DNA of 59,606 nucleotides from Granulicella sp. (GCA_003142235.1 PLOU01000156.1:1-59606); one strand, 5' to 3'; counted from the first letter of the stretch, positions 1 to 10,578 are shown. The notes: a model not told the origin generated them from the sequence alone. Numbers and translations: made by a program.

Positions 1-1
1 C

Positions 2-412
<411 letters not shown>

Positions 413-458
413 CGCGGAGAATCGGGCTTGCGTCGCGCCGGTTGGGTAGACTGGTTGC

Positions 459-1655
459 ATGATGGCGACGGCGGTTGAGATCGCGACAGCGCTCGTGACG
501 GTGGGCGGGCTGGTCTACATGCTGCTGGCGCTGGCAGGCGCGCGGCAGTTTGGGCGCGATCGCCGACGCATTGATGCCGCTGAAGCCAACGCGCCGGGAT
601 TCGCGCCGGATGTGTCCATCCTGAAGCCGGTGAAGGGCGTGGATGCGCGGATGTACGAGGGGCTGGCGAGCCACTGCAGGCAGCAGTATGCGGGCCGCTT
701 CGAGATTCTCTTTGGGGTGAGCAGCGCGGACGATCCCGCTGTGGGCGAGATCGAGAGGCTGCGGCGGGAGTTTCCCCAGTGCGCGATCCGGCTGATCGTG
801 TGCCCCCAGCGGCTGGGGACCTCGGGCAAGGTGAGTAGCCTGGTGCAGATGCTCGGCGAGGCGCGCTACGAATTTGTCCTCATCAACGACAGCGACATCC
901 GCGTCTCGCCGATGTACCTGACGCGGGTAATGGAGCGCTTCGCCGATGCGAAGGTGGGCATGGTGACGGCGCTCTATCGCGGGCGGACCGCGGTACAGGG
1001 CGAGGCGCTGACGCTGTGGGCGCGGCTGGAGGCGCTGGGAATCTCAACCGACTTTATGGCGGGAGTGCTGGCGGCGCGCAAGCTCGAAGGCGGCATTCAT
1101 TTTGGACTTGGCTCGACGCTGGCGGTCTCGCGCGCGGCGCTGGCGGCCTCGGGAGGCCTCGAGCCGCTGGTCGACTCGCTGGCCGACGACTACGAGATGG
1201 GCGCGCGCATCGCGCAGGCGGGATACCGCGTCGAGCTCTGCGGCGAGGTGGTGGAGACCGCCGTGCCTGCGTACGGCTTTCACGGCTTCTGCGAGCACCA
1301 GATCCGCTGGGCGCGAACCACGCGCGACTCGCGGCGATGGGGCTACCTCGGTCTGGGAATCACGTACTGCATTCCGTGGGCTGTGCTGAACTGCGTGGCC
1401 AGCGGTTTTGCGCTTTGGAGCTTTACGCTGCTGAGCCTCGTCGTTCTGGCGCGGGTCGCCGTTGCACTGACGGTCGGCGTCGGCCTGCTGGGCGATGCGC
1501 AGGTACTGCGCGACATCTGGCTGCTGCCGCTGCGCGACTTCTTCGGCCTCGGCTTCTGGGCGTGGAGCTACGCCTCCGACACAATCGTCTGGCGCGGCGA
1601 GCGCTTCCACCTGCACAACGGCCGAATTTCTCCAGCGAACGAAGAAAAGGCTTAA
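459..1655 (+). CDS. hpnI: Hopanoid biosynthesis glycosyltransferase HpnI (ceramide glucosyltransferase-like)
   Basis: N-terminal TM; VSILKPVKG, NDSD, LADDYEMG, HQIRWART and WRG motifs. Confidence 0.85.
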   Translation: MMATAVEIATALVTVGGLVYMLLALAGARQFGRDRRRIDAAEANAPGFAPDVSILKPVKGVDARMYEGLASHCRQQYAGRFEILFGVSSADDPAVGEIERLRREFPQCAIRLIVCPQRLGTSGKVSSLVQMLGEARYEFVLINDSDIRVSPMYLTRVMERFADAKVGMVTALYRGRTAVQGEALTLWARLEALGISTDFMAGVLAARKLEGGIHFGLGSTLAVSRAALAASGGLEPLVDSLADDYEMGARIAQAGYRVELCGEVVETAVPAYGFHGFCEHQIRWARTTRDSRRWGYLGLGITYCIPWAVLNCVASGFALWSFTLLSLVVLARVAVALTVGVGLLGDAQVLRDIWLLPLRDFFGLGFWAWSYASDTIVWRGERFHLHNGRISPANEEKA

Positions 1656-1757
1656 CACCGATCTACACCGACAGGCACCGATTCAAATGAAGTAAATTTC
1701 ACAGAACTTCATCCACATTGTTGTTAATCGGTTTCATCGGTGTAGATCGGTGTTAAG
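1651..1757. repeat. Inverted pair of TAACACCGAT-family repeats between convergent genes
   Basis: cttaacaccgatctacaccgacaggcaccgatt (1651-1683) and reverse complement of 1726-1757 share their first 21 nt. Confidence 0.85.
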
Positions 1758-3857
1758 TATTTCGGGCGGCGTGTTGGGCTGGTTGCTGAGGATTTGTTTG
1801 CCGCCGGACTTCGCGATGAAGTAGCCCGGACCGGGCAGCGCAGGCAGTGGGCTGGGCTGGTTGGCGAGGTCTTGCCAGAGGAAGATGCGCTGCGCGCCGG
1901 GCCACTTTTCGGCGAGCGACTGCGGCGTCTCGAAGATCGCTGGCGCGTCGCGGAAGAAGCTGCCGTACCAGAGGTTCGAGCTGCGGCCTTCGAGGATGTG
2001 GATGGGGTTGACCGCGACTGGCTGGCCGTTTTGCCGCGCGTAGCCGGGCCGGCGCAGATAGAAGCCGAGCGTGCTGGCGAACTCGTACTCCTGATGGATG
2101 ACGATGAGGGCTGGAGGTTCTCCCACCCGCCCCGTGAGCTGCGGAGCAATTGCAGCGGCGAGCTGTTGTGAGCTGAGGACGGGGGCAAAGGTCCGCAGAC
2201 CAAGATGCGCGGCGAGGAGAAAGCCGAAGGAGCCGGCGGCGAGCGCGAGGGTTGCAGCGTGGGGCCGATCGTTCTTGCGTAGGATGTACGAACAGAGCGG
2301 ACCGAGGAAGAGTGCAGCCGCGGCCAGCGCGAGCGGAAGGCGAAAGAGGCCGAGGGCAGCCGCGTTGAGGTCGAGAAAATGGCCCATGCTGAGTGCGTAG
2401 TTAGCCGGATTCTGTTGCAGGAGACTTGCGAGATCGGTCGAGGGCGTGGGCGCGCGGCTGCGCAGCAGGAAGACGAGCGCGGCGGCGGCGAAGATTGAGC
2501 CGAGGGCGACGAGGACGGCGGTTGCGCGCAGGTTGGCGCGACGGATTTTTTTTGCCGATTGCGTGATGGGCTTCCAATCGCATTCTTGCGCCAGCCATCC
2601 GGCGATGAGGACCGCAAGGGCGGGCAGAACGGGAAGGACGTAGTACTCCTGGCGGGTGGAGAAAGAGAAGAAGAGCAGCGGGATGAGCGCCCAGAGGAGG
2701 AACAACAACGGTGCGTGGAGTTCGCGTGGAAGGCCGCGGCGGCGATAGAGCATCAGTGCCTTCGCCCGCTGTTCTGGGGTTTTCAGCAGAGTGTGACTCA
2801 AAGGGTTACGCCATCGAATGGCACGGAAGGCGAAGGCTGACCACGGCATGAGCCAGACGAGGCAGAGGCCCCAGAAGAGCCACAGCGGGACGGTGTCGTA
2901 GTCGCGCGGAACGCGGAGGTTGAGATAGCGCAGGAGCTGCTCGTTGACGAAGTAGAACCAGAGCCAGCCGTGGACGTTGCCCTGCGTCGGCAATGGCACA
3001 GAGAGGGCACCGTGCGCGAAGGTGAGGCTGCCGGGATGGCCTTGCGTGGGGTTCGCCAGAGCGATGAGGATGTGCCACGGCGCGGCGATTGCAAAAAAAA
3101 CGGCGAGCGACGAGAGCGGATGGAGCTGGCGGATGCGAGTGATTGCGGCGCGTGGGCCGCGCGTCAGCAGCAGGTGGATCAGGACGATTGCGACAGGGAA
3201 GACGACGCCGATGAGGCCCTTGGTGAGGACGCCGAGAGCGCAGCAGGCGGCGAATGCGTAACAGAGGAGGCGGAGATTTGATGGCGATCCGGGCAAAATG
3301 CGGGGGTCCCTCGACTCGCTGCGCTCGCTCGGGATGACGGCTTCAATGGAGGAGCATTCTTCGCTTAGCCAGAAACAGAGGAGGGCGAGGGTGAGCCAGA
3401 GGCAGAGCATCGCGTCGGGCAGCAGGATGCGGGTGAAGAGGAAAAATCCGAAGCTGGAGAGCAGGATGAGCGCGGCATAGAGGCCGGCGTGGGCACTGCG
3501 AAAGGCCCGCCGCGCGAAGGTCTCCACCACGAAGGCGAGCGCCAGAACGGTCAGCGCAAGCGGAAAGCGAGCTGCGGCAGCGCTGACGCCGAAGAGCTTG
3601 AAGCTGGCGGCCATCGACCAGTAGAGAAGCGGCGCCTTCTCCAGGTAGCGAATGCCGTTGGCGTAGAGGGTGACCCAGTCGTGGCGCAGGAGCATCTCGC
3701 GCGCCACCTCGGCATGGACGGAGTCGGCGTCGTCGAGCAGCGCGGGGCTCATGAGCGTGAAGCTGGCGTAAAAGATCGCCCACAGGAGCAGCAGGACGAA
3801 GGTGTTGCCGAGCGGACGCTTTGGGGTGCGAGTCTGTGGCGTGGTTGAGGGCGGCAT
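1734..3857 (-). CDS. ArnT/PMT-family (GT-C) membrane glycosyltransferase
   Basis: DDADSVHAEVAREM, RYLEKAPLLYW, LTKGLIG and FSTRQEYY motifs; many TM segments. Confidence 0.85.
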   Translation of the reverse strand: MPPSTTPQTRTPKRPLGNTFVLLLLWAIFYASFTLMSPALLDDADSVHAEVAREMLLRHDWVTLYANGIRYLEKAPLLYWSMAASFKLFGVSAAAARFPLALTVLALAFVVETFARRAFRSAHAGLYAALILLSSFGFFLFTRILLPDAMLCLWLTLALLCFWLSEECSSIEAVIPSERSESRDPRILPGSPSNLRLLCYAFAACCALGVLTKGLIGVVFPVAIVLIHLLLTRGPRAAITRIRQLHPLSSLAVFFAIAAPWHILIALANPTQGHPGSLTFAHGALSVPLPTQGNVHGWLWFYFVNEQLLRYLNLRVPRDYDTVPLWLFWGLCLVWLMPWSAFAFRAIRWRNPLSHTLLKTPEQRAKALMLYRRRGLPRELHAPLLFLLWALIPLLFFSFSTRQEYYVLPVLPALAVLIAGWLAQECDWKPITQSAKKIRRANLRATAVLVALGSIFAAAALVFLLRSRAPTPSTDLASLLQQNPANYALSMGHFLDLNAAALGLFRLPLALAAAALFLGPLCSYILRKNDRPHAATLALAAGSFGFLLAAHLGLRTFAPVLSSQQLAAAIAPQLTGRVGEPPALIVIHQEYEFASTLGFYLRRPGYARQNGQPVAVNPIHILEGRSSNLWYGSFFRDAPAIFETPQSLAEKWPGAQRIFLWQDLANQPSPLPALPGPGYFIAKSGGKQILSNQPNTPPEILNTDLHR
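3301..3338 (-). repeat. GTCAT-family REP-like palindrome, in frame inside the arnT-like gene
   Basis: gtcatcccgagcgagcgcagcgagtcgagggacccccg on the minus strand, translated as VIPSERSESRDP. Confidence 0.8.
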
Positions 3858-3860
3858 GGG

Positions 3861-6443
3861 TTAGAGGATGGGGATGTCTTCGTCGATGGCGAGCTGGTCG
3901 ACGCAGATGTAGAGGGCTTCGCCGAGTTTCTTGAAGGCGAGCTTGCACTCCGCGGTGCAATTGCTTCTGTCGGCGCGGCGGAAGAGCTCATTCCAGATGT
4001 TCTGCGCCTGCCACAGGTTTACGTCGAAGGGCATGGTGCGCAGGGCGAGCGCGATGGCGAGGGCGGTACGGATGGCCGCCTCAGGGGGCTCGCCTGACTT
4101 GACGTCGGCCTGCAACTGGACCATGGCACGCTTGATGCGTTCGGCGGCGGCGAAGCTGAGCGCGGCTGAATCGATGGCGACGTGGTCTGTGGAGGCGCGC
4201 AGGAAGAGCGCCTCGATCCCCGCGGCGTCGAAGTTGTCCGCCTCGATGGCGCGGCGCAGGCTGGCGTTGATGGCGAAGTTGGCGGCGATGGCAAGCGCGG
4301 GCGGCGCGGCCGCGCCCGACTCGGTCAGGAAGTGGAGCAGCGAGGCGTGGTCTTCGTAGATCTTGCGCAGCGAGTCTTCCATCTCGGCCACGGTCTGGTT
4401 GAGAATCGTGCGCAGGATGCGCTGCTGCTCATCGGCGAAGAGCGAGGTGAGCGAGTAGGCGATGGTGCCGAAGAAGCGGTCGATGAGGCGGATCACCTCG
4501 GGAAGATTGGCGCGCTGGATTGCTCTGCGGATGTCGTTGGCGAAGGCGGCAAAGGCTGCCCCGTTCTCCGGGCCGTCGGTGGAGTAGCGGCGCACGGCGG
4601 CGGAGAGGTTCTGGTCGCCCAGGTGCAGGACGGCGAAGCAAATCTCCTCGTTCTCCTCGGTGATGCGGGAGCGGAGATGGGCGCGGCCGATGGCGACCTT
4701 GCCGCGGCCGGAGGTGAAGCTCTCGTACGAGTCGCGGTGCAGGTCGAAGCAGAAGAGCTGGCCGTCCTCAGGGTAGCTGCGGAAGATGGAGCTGATGGCG
4801 TAGTGCGCGCCCACCTGCTCCAGGCCGATGCGCAGTCCGGTGACGTATCGGCGGTAGATACTGGCTCCGTCGCCCAACTCCGCGACGTTGGATTTGGCGT
4901 GGGCGAGAATCTCCAGGAAGCGGTCTTCCAGCGCGGCGCCGGCGGGGCCGAAGAGCTTGGCCGCAAGCTGCAGTACGCGCCCTGCGTAAGCGATGATCTG
5001 GATGGACTCGATGCCCGCGATATCGTCGAAGAACCAGCCGCAACTGGTGTACATGAGCTGGGCGTGGCGTTCCAGCTCGAGCAGTTCAAGCAGAGTGATG
5101 CGCTCTTCGGGCGTGATGTGCCGCCTGGCGTGGAGTGCGAAGAAGCGGTCGATGGAGGCCGGCGAGCGGTCGAGGACGATGTGGATGTAGTCGTCGCGCG
5201 CACTCCACAGGTCGAGCAGCAGCGGAGCGGCGAGCGCTTCGGCCAACGGCGCGGTGGCGTCGCGCAGGAAGTCCAGCGCCTCGCGCAGGGGCGCGCGCCA
5301 GTGCTGGTTGAAGCCGGGCTTGCCGTTGTAGCAGCCGCAGTTGGCGCGCCAGCGTTCCACGCCATGCACGCAGCTCCACGAGGTGTTCTCGACCACCTCG
5401 GCCTCCCATTCGGGCGGGAATTTTTCCAGGAACTCGCCGTAGTTGGTGAGCCTTGCATGGCCGTTGTCCTCGATCCAGTGCATGGCATAGGAGAGCGCCA
5501 TCTCGCCGTACTTGTGGTGGTGGCCATAGCTCTCGCCATCGGTGGCGACGTGCGAGAGCTGGACCCTGTCTGCGGAGTTTGGCGCGGGCGCGTGGAAGCC
5601 GTCCAGCAGGCGGCTGCCGAAGGCCTCGCCGCTGTTGAGCAGGCCCTCGAAGGCGATGGCGCGCGAGGCGGGGCTGTTGTAGAAGAAGACCGCGATGCTT
5701 CTTCCTTCGTCTAGCTGAACCAGGTAAGGATGGGTCGTATCGACCGTGGCGTTGGGAGTGGGAACCCAGGGTTGCTGGTTGCTGGTTGCTGGTTGTTGGT
5801 TGTTAGGCTCGTCAACTGCTGGAACAATTGGCCGGATGCGCGCGCACTGATGGGGAGCCAGAATGGTGAACTTGATTCCCTCGGCGGCCATCAGGTCCAG
5901 AGTGCCGCGGTTGACGGCGGTCTCGGCCAGCCACATGCCCTCGGGGGGGCGGCCGAAGCGGTGCTCGAAGTCGGCGATGCCCCAGCGAACCTGCGTGACG
6001 GCGTCGCGCCGGCTGGCCAGCGGCAGGATGATGTGGTTGTAGACCTGCGCGATGGCCGAGCCGTGGCCGCCGTAGCGCTGCGCGCTGGTGCGGTCGGCGT
6101 CGAGGACGGTGCGGTAGGTGCGCGGGGTCTTTTCCGCCATCCACTTCAGCAGGGTGGGGCCGAAGTTGTAGCTCATGCGCTCGTAGTTGTTGACGATGCG
6201 CACGATCTCGCCCTTGCGGTTGGTGATGCGCGAGGCGCCGTTGGGCGCGTAGCACTCCGCGCTGATGCGTTCGTTCCAATCGTGGTAGGGAGCGGCTGAG
6301 TCCTCCACCTCGACCGTCTCCAGCCAGGGGTTCTCGCGCGGCGGCTGGTAGAAGTGGCCATGCACGCAGACGTATCGCTGGCTTGGGGCGGCGGATGAGG
6401 AGGTTGGTTTCGCGTCCTTCGGGGAGCTTGGAGACTTCACCAT
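3861..6443 (-). CDS. GH57-family glycoside hydrolase with DUF3536 domain
   Basis: HGHFYQPPRENPW, GMWLAET, ATDGESYGHH, SWSCVHGVERW and MYTSCGWFFDD motifs; alternative GTG start at 6440. Confidence 0.88.
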   Translation of the reverse strand: MVKSPSSPKDAKPTSSSAAPSQRYVCVHGHFYQPPRENPWLETVEVEDSAAPYHDWNERISAECYAPNGASRITNRKGEIVRIVNNYERMSYNFGPTLLKWMAEKTPRTYRTVLDADRTSAQRYGGHGSAIAQVYNHIILPLASRRDAVTQVRWGIADFEHRFGRPPEGMWLAETAVNRGTLDLMAAEGIKFTILAPHQCARIRPIVPAVDEPNNQQPATSNQQPWVPTPNATVDTTHPYLVQLDEGRSIAVFFYNSPASRAIAFEGLLNSGEAFGSRLLDGFHAPAPNSADRVQLSHVATDGESYGHHHKYGEMALSYAMHWIEDNGHARLTNYGEFLEKFPPEWEAEVVENTSWSCVHGVERWRANCGCYNGKPGFNQHWRAPLREALDFLRDATAPLAEALAAPLLLDLWSARDDYIHIVLDRSPASIDRFFALHARRHITPEERITLLELLELERHAQLMYTSCGWFFDDIAGIESIQIIAYAGRVLQLAAKLFGPAGAALEDRFLEILAHAKSNVAELGDGASIYRRYVTGLRIGLEQVGAHYAISSIFRSYPEDGQLFCFDLHRDSYESFTSGRGKVAIGRAHLRSRITEENEEICFAVLHLGDQNLSAAVRRYSTDGPENGAAFAAFANDIRRAIQRANLPEVIRLIDRFFGTIAYSLTSLFADEQQRILRTILNQTVAEMEDSLRKIYEDHASLLHFLTESGAAAPPALAIAANFAINASLRRAIEADNFDAAGIEALFLRASTDHVAIDSAALSFAAAERIKRAMVQLQADVKSGEPPEAAIRTALAIALALRTMPFDVNLWQAQNIWNELFRRADRSNCTAECKLAFKKLGEALYICVDQLAIDEDIPIL

Positions 6444-6518
6444 GGAATTATAGGAGGCTCCCGCTCCGGGCGCTCTCTCGCGGCACGATGGTCTGCCAGG
6501 AGGGCTTTCGATGGAGAC

Positions 6519-7247
6519 TCAAGGCTGAGGCTTCAGTTTATTTTGAGCGAGGTCGCAGGCGCGCCACAGATACCAGCTTGCGACCGAGCGCCAGGGAGCC
6601 CAACGCTTGGCGCGGCGTTCCATCTCGGCGGGCTTGGGAAGGTCGGCGGGCGTAACTTTGTCGGTTGGCTTCAGCTTGCCGAAGGTCAACGCGAAACCCT
6701 TGCGCACGCCGTAGTCGCTCACCGGCAGGACGTCGGGACGGCCAAGGCGGAAGATCAACAGCATCTCGACTGTCCAGCGCCCGATGCCGCGCACTTGGGT
6801 GAGGTGCTCAATGATTGCCTCGTTCGTCATGCGGCGGATGCGCGCCAGCGTGGGGACGGTTCCGTCGATCGTCTTTGCGGCCAGGTCGCGCAGCGCCAGG
6901 GATTTGTTGTGCGAGAGGCCGGCGGCGCGCAGTTGTTCGTTGGGGCAGTCGATCAAGTGCTGTGCGGAGAAGTGGTTGGGTACTCCGTTCCGCGCCGTGC
7001 CGCAGACCGGCGCGAATCCCTCCAGCAGGCGGCGGTGAATCGTCGCCGCGGCTTTGCCGTGCAGTTGCTGGTAGACGATGCTCTCCGCCAGCGCCTCGAA
7101 GGGCGACTGCGCGCTGGCCAGGCGCAGGGTGAAGGGGCCGGCGCGGGCCATCAGTCGGGCGAGTTTGGGGTCGGCGGCGGCCAGCTCGCGGCAGGCGAGC
7201 GCGCAGTCGTAGCGGGGAGGGCGCGGGCTTTGGCGCGGACGGGGCAT
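6519..7247 (-). CDS. alkA: DNA-3-methyladenine glycosylase II (AlkA/HhH-GPD family)
   Basis: IVYQQL, HhH motif LTQVRGIGRWT, LPVSDYGVR and WAPWRSVASWYLW. Confidence 0.88.
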   Translation of the reverse strand: MPRPRQSPRPPRYDCALACRELAAADPKLARLMARAGPFTLRLASAQSPFEALAESIVYQQLHGKAAATIHRRLLEGFAPVCGTARNGVPNHFSAQHLIDCPNEQLRAAGLSHNKSLALRDLAAKTIDGTVPTLARIRRMTNEAIIEHLTQVRGIGRWTVEMLLIFRLGRPDVLPVSDYGVRKGFALTFGKLKPTDKVTPADLPKPAEMERRAKRWAPWRSVASWYLWRACDLAQNKLKPQP

Positions 7248-7398
7248 CTCTCGACGGTATCGCAGCGGGGAGTGCGGTGTCTCCTCCGGCAGCGGAAAAC
7301 TACGCGGTGTTTCGGCCCAGATGCGCTGGCACTTGGAGTTCGCCGGGACGCTGAAGTGTTTGCGGTACCAGGCGATGCCGGCGGGTGATCAGTGGATA

Positions 7399-7448
7399 CT
7401 GACCTGCAAAATCAGTATTCGCGGGTTCAATCCCCGCTCGGTGCTCCA
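7399..7448 (+). pseudogene. 3' half of a tRNA-Cys(GCA)-like sequence; probable integration (att) scar
   Basis: Anticodon loop CTGCAAA (7404-7410), T-arm GCGGG-TTCAATC-CCCGC, terminal TCCA; no convincing 5' acceptor strand or D-arm. Confidence 0.75.
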
Positions 7449-7598
7449 AATCTCTCCCCAGCAGAATCCGCAGCGGCAAAAGAAGAAGATTCGTTGCTCT
7501 CTGCCCTCGCAACCTCCAATCACCGACTCCGAATGCAGTACGATGCAAAGGGGCGGTCTCGCACCCGATGCGAGGCTGGTTGAAGGAGGAGGCACGGC

Positions 7599-8210
7599 TT
7601 GCAGCGACTCGGGATTCTGCTCTCTGGACGCGGTTCGAACTTCATGGCCATCGCCGAGGCGATCCGCGAGGGCCGTCTCCCCGGCACGGAGATCGCCGTC
7701 GTCCTGTCGAACCTGCCCGACGCCGCGGGCCTCGAGACCGCGCGCAAGCTTGGTCTGCCTGCCATCGCTATTCCTTCGGCGGGCCGCAAGCGCGCCGAGC
7801 ACGACGCGGAGATGATCGCAACGCTGCGCGCGCATCGCGTGGACCTGGTCTGCCTGGCCGGATACATGCGCATTATCTCGCCGGAGTTTGTGCGCGCCTT
7901 CTCCAACCGCATCCTGAACATCCATCCCGCGCTGCTGCCCGCCTTTCCCGGCCTCGACGCACAGGCCCAGGCGCTCGAGTTCGGCGCCAAGGTGGCCGGA
8001 TGCACCGTGCATTTTGTGGATGAGGCCGTCGACCACGGCGCAATCATCCTACAGCGCGTGGTTCCGGTGCTCGACCAAGACACCGCCGAGACTCTCTCGG
8101 CGCGCATCCTGGACCAGGAGCACATCGCCTACACGGAGGCAATCGCGCGCGTTCTCAGCGGCCAGTACAGCCTGGTGGGACGGCGCTACGTGAGACGCGG
8201 CAAGGAGTAA
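7599..8210 (+). CDS. purN: Phosphoribosylglycinamide formyltransferase
   Basis: LSGRGSN, LAGYMRI, NIHPALLP and GCTVHFVDEAVDHG motifs; TTG start with GGAGGAGG RBS. Confidence 0.95.
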   Translation: MQRLGILLSGRGSNFMAIAEAIREGRLPGTEIAVVLSNLPDAAGLETARKLGLPAIAIPSAGRKRAEHDAEMIATLRAHRVDLVCLAGYMRIISPEFVRAFSNRILNIHPALLPAFPGLDAQAQALEFGAKVAGCTVHFVDEAVDHGAIILQRVVPVLDQDTAETLSARILDQEHIAYTEAIARVLSGQYSLVGRRYVRRGKE

Positions 8211-8259
8211 CGCGAGGCACGAGGTTCAAGGGACGAGGTGCAACCGGAGTGCGGCCTTG

Positions 8260-8469
8260 TCATCGAACAGGATGAGCCGGGTGGAAGAGGCCGCGAACCG
8301 ACCCCATGAACCCGAAGGCCTGTAGCAGCCATACGATGACCAGAACAATAACGATCCCGCGAATGATCTGCTTGATCGTGTTGTCCATGGGAATGAGGTC
8401 GATCAGATACAGCGCCAGACCGATGACGACAAGCGTAACGATGATGCCAATAATTCCTGGGGTGGGCAT
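8260..8469 (-). CDS. Small two-TM membrane protein (Thivi_2564-like)
   Basis: LYLIDLIPMDNTIKQII pattern between two hydrophobic helices; AGGAG RBS. Confidence 0.75.
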   Translation of the reverse strand: MPTPGIIGIIVTLVVIGLALYLIDLIPMDNTIKQIIRGIVIVLVIVWLLQAFGFMGSVRGLFHPAHPVR

Positions 8470-8554
8470 TCCGGTTCTCCTGCTTTGGTTGGATGCAGGA
8501 AACGCGTAGTGCTCGCTGGGACGGGCAGGAATCGGCAGGAAAAGTTCTGTGCCG

Positions 8555-10216
8555 TCAGACCTCCATGATGACGGGCATGATCAGCGGGCGGCGGCTCATG
8601 TTCTTCTGGATGTAGCGCTTCAGGTCGCCGCGCACCTTCTCCTTGATGACTCCGTAGTCGGCCTTCTCCTCGTCGCTGGATGCTTCGAGGGTGCGCTGCA
8701 CCACCTGGCGTGCCTCGGCGATCATGGCCGGATCTTCGACGGTGAATCCGCGCATGACGATCTCCGGCGCCACCTCGACCTTGCCCGTGCGCTTGTTGAT
8801 GGTCAGAATGGGCAGCACAATGCCGCCCTCGCCGATGTGCTGGCGGTCGCGCAGGATGATGTCCTCGACCACATCGATGGAACCGCCGGCATCGATGCAG
8901 ACGCGGCCCACGGTGATCTTGCCGTTCTTCTGTGCGCCGTTCTTGTCCAGCTCGAGGATCTCGCCGTCCTCCAGCAGGATCACCTTTTCGATCAGGCCCA
9001 GGTTTCCGGCAAGCTCCGCGTGGCGCTTCAGGTGGCGATAGTCGCCATGCACCGGCACGAAGAACCTGGGCCGCATCAGGTTGATCATCAGGCGCATCTC
9101 CTCCTGCGATCCGTGCCCGCTGACGTGGATCAGCCCCTGGGTTCCGTCGTCGTAGATCACCTTTGCCTCGCGGCGTTCGAGGTGGTCGATCATGCGGTAG
9201 ATCGACTTCTCGTTGCCGGGGATGATCCTCGAGCTGAGCACCACGGTGTCGCCCGCTTCGATGTGCGCATACTTGTGGTTGTTCACCGCCGCGCGCGAGA
9301 GCGCCGACATTGGCTCGCCCTGCGTGCCGGAGATCATCACCAGCACCTTGTTGGCGGGCATGTCGCGCAACTGCCCAGGGTTGATCATCAGCCCCGGCGG
9401 CAGGTCGAGATAGCCCAGGTCCTGCGCGATCTCGGTGGAGTTATCCAGCGAGCGCCCGATGACCGCGACCTTGCGCCCATGCGCATCGGCCAGCTCCATG
9501 GCAATGCGGATGCGGTGGATCGATGAGGAGAAGCAGCTGAAGAAGAGCTTCTTCCTGGTCTGCGCGAAGATCTCATCCAGCCGCGGACGCACGGCGCGCT
9601 CGGACGGTGTGTAGCCGGGCCGGTCCACGTTGGTCGAGTCCTGTAGTAGGCACAGCACGCCCTGCTTGCCCAGCTCGGCAAACGCGTGCAGGTCGAACGG
9701 CTTGCCGTCCGGCGAAGACAGGTCAATCTTGAAGTCGCCGCTGTGCACCACCACGCCCACCGGCGTATGGATGGCCAGCGCCACGCAGTCCACCAGGCTG
9801 TGCGTCACGCGGATGGGCATGATGGAGAACGGCCCTAGCGTGAACCGGCGACCGGGCAGGATCTCGATCAGCTCGGCGTCGTCCAGCAGGTGGTGCTCGT
9901 CCAGCTTGCCCTCCACCAGGGCCAGCGTGAACTCGGTGCCGTACACCGGAACATTCAGCTCGGAGAGTATCCAGGGCAGCCCGCCGATGTGGTCCTCGTG
10001 CCCGTGCGTCAGGATGATGCCGCGGACCTTTTCGCGGTTCTCGGTCAGGTAGCTGATGTCGGGCACCACAATGTCGACGCCCAGCAGCTCTTCTTCGGGA
10101 AACATCAGGCCGGCATCGATGACGATGATCTCGTCCTGCCAGCGCAGGGCCGTGCAGTTCATGCCGAACTCGCCCAGGCCACCCAGGGGGATGATGCGTA
10201 ATTTATCTTGTGCCAT
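8555..10216 (-). CDS. rnj: Ribonuclease J
   Basis: PLGGLGEFGMN, THGHEDHIG, GTQGEPMSAL, HVSGH and PVHGD motifs. Confidence 0.95.
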   Translation of the reverse strand: MAQDKLRIIPLGGLGEFGMNCTALRWQDEIIVIDAGLMFPEEELLGVDIVVPDISYLTENREKVRGIILTHGHEDHIGGLPWILSELNVPVYGTEFTLALVEGKLDEHHLLDDAELIEILPGRRFTLGPFSIMPIRVTHSLVDCVALAIHTPVGVVVHSGDFKIDLSSPDGKPFDLHAFAELGKQGVLCLLQDSTNVDRPGYTPSERAVRPRLDEIFAQTRKKLFFSCFSSSIHRIRIAMELADAHGRKVAVIGRSLDNSTEIAQDLGYLDLPPGLMINPGQLRDMPANKVLVMISGTQGEPMSALSRAAVNNHKYAHIEAGDTVVLSSRIIPGNEKSIYRMIDHLERREAKVIYDDGTQGLIHVSGHGSQEEMRLMINLMRPRFFVPVHGDYRHLKRHAELAGNLGLIEKVILLEDGEILELDKNGAQKNGKITVGRVCIDAGGSIDVVEDIILRDRQHIGEGGIVLPILTINKRTGKVEVAPEIVMRGFTVEDPAMIAEARQVVQRTLEASSDEEKADYGVIKEKVRGDLKRYIQKNMSRRPLIMPVIMEV

Positions 10217-10284
10217 TTACCTTGATTCTACAGCACTCATCGAAAGGCCATGCTCCGCGCATGCAATCGCGTCGGAGCCGAAGT

Positions 10285-10578
10285 CTACGCCTTGACCGTC
10301 GTCTTGGCCTTCAGCAGGGCCTCATGCACCAGCATCTTTAGGTAGGTCTGATACTTCAATCCGCGCTTGCTCGCCTGTTCGCGGGCCAGCGCAATGTCGC
10401 CGGGATCGAAGCGGATCGTTGTCGTGGGAATGCCGCCAAGCCGCGCCGCAGTGCCACAGCCAAGACGTCCCTCCGCCGCGGCCTGCTCGAAGTCCTTCAG
10501 GAGTTCATCCTGATTGTCGAACCACCACTTCGCCTCTTCGGCTTCGGACTTGAAATCAGGAAGGATTCGCTTTTCCAT
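10285..10578 (-). CDS. BrnA/CopG-like antitoxin
   Basis: PDFKSEAEEAKWW N-terminus and RHH-like C-terminus (TTIRF...GLKYQTYLKMLVHEAL); overlaps the toxin stop. Confidence 0.8.
   Translation of the reverse strand: MEKRILPDFKSEAEEAKWWFDNQDELLKDFEQAAAEGRLGCGTAARLGGIPTTTIRFDPGDIALAREQASKRGLKYQTYLKMLVHEALLKAKTTVKA

Noticed and set aside
7366-7448. Intact tRNA-Cys gene
   Set aside because: Candidate 5' strands (GTACCAG, ATGCCGG) pair poorly or at the wrong distance and no canonical D-arm forms; kept only as a fragment.
7449-7598. Purine-related riboswitch (ZTP, PRPP or purine) upstream of purN
   Set aside because: No recognisable consensus; only a short hairpin (ctcgcacccgatgcgag) and a possible -10 element.
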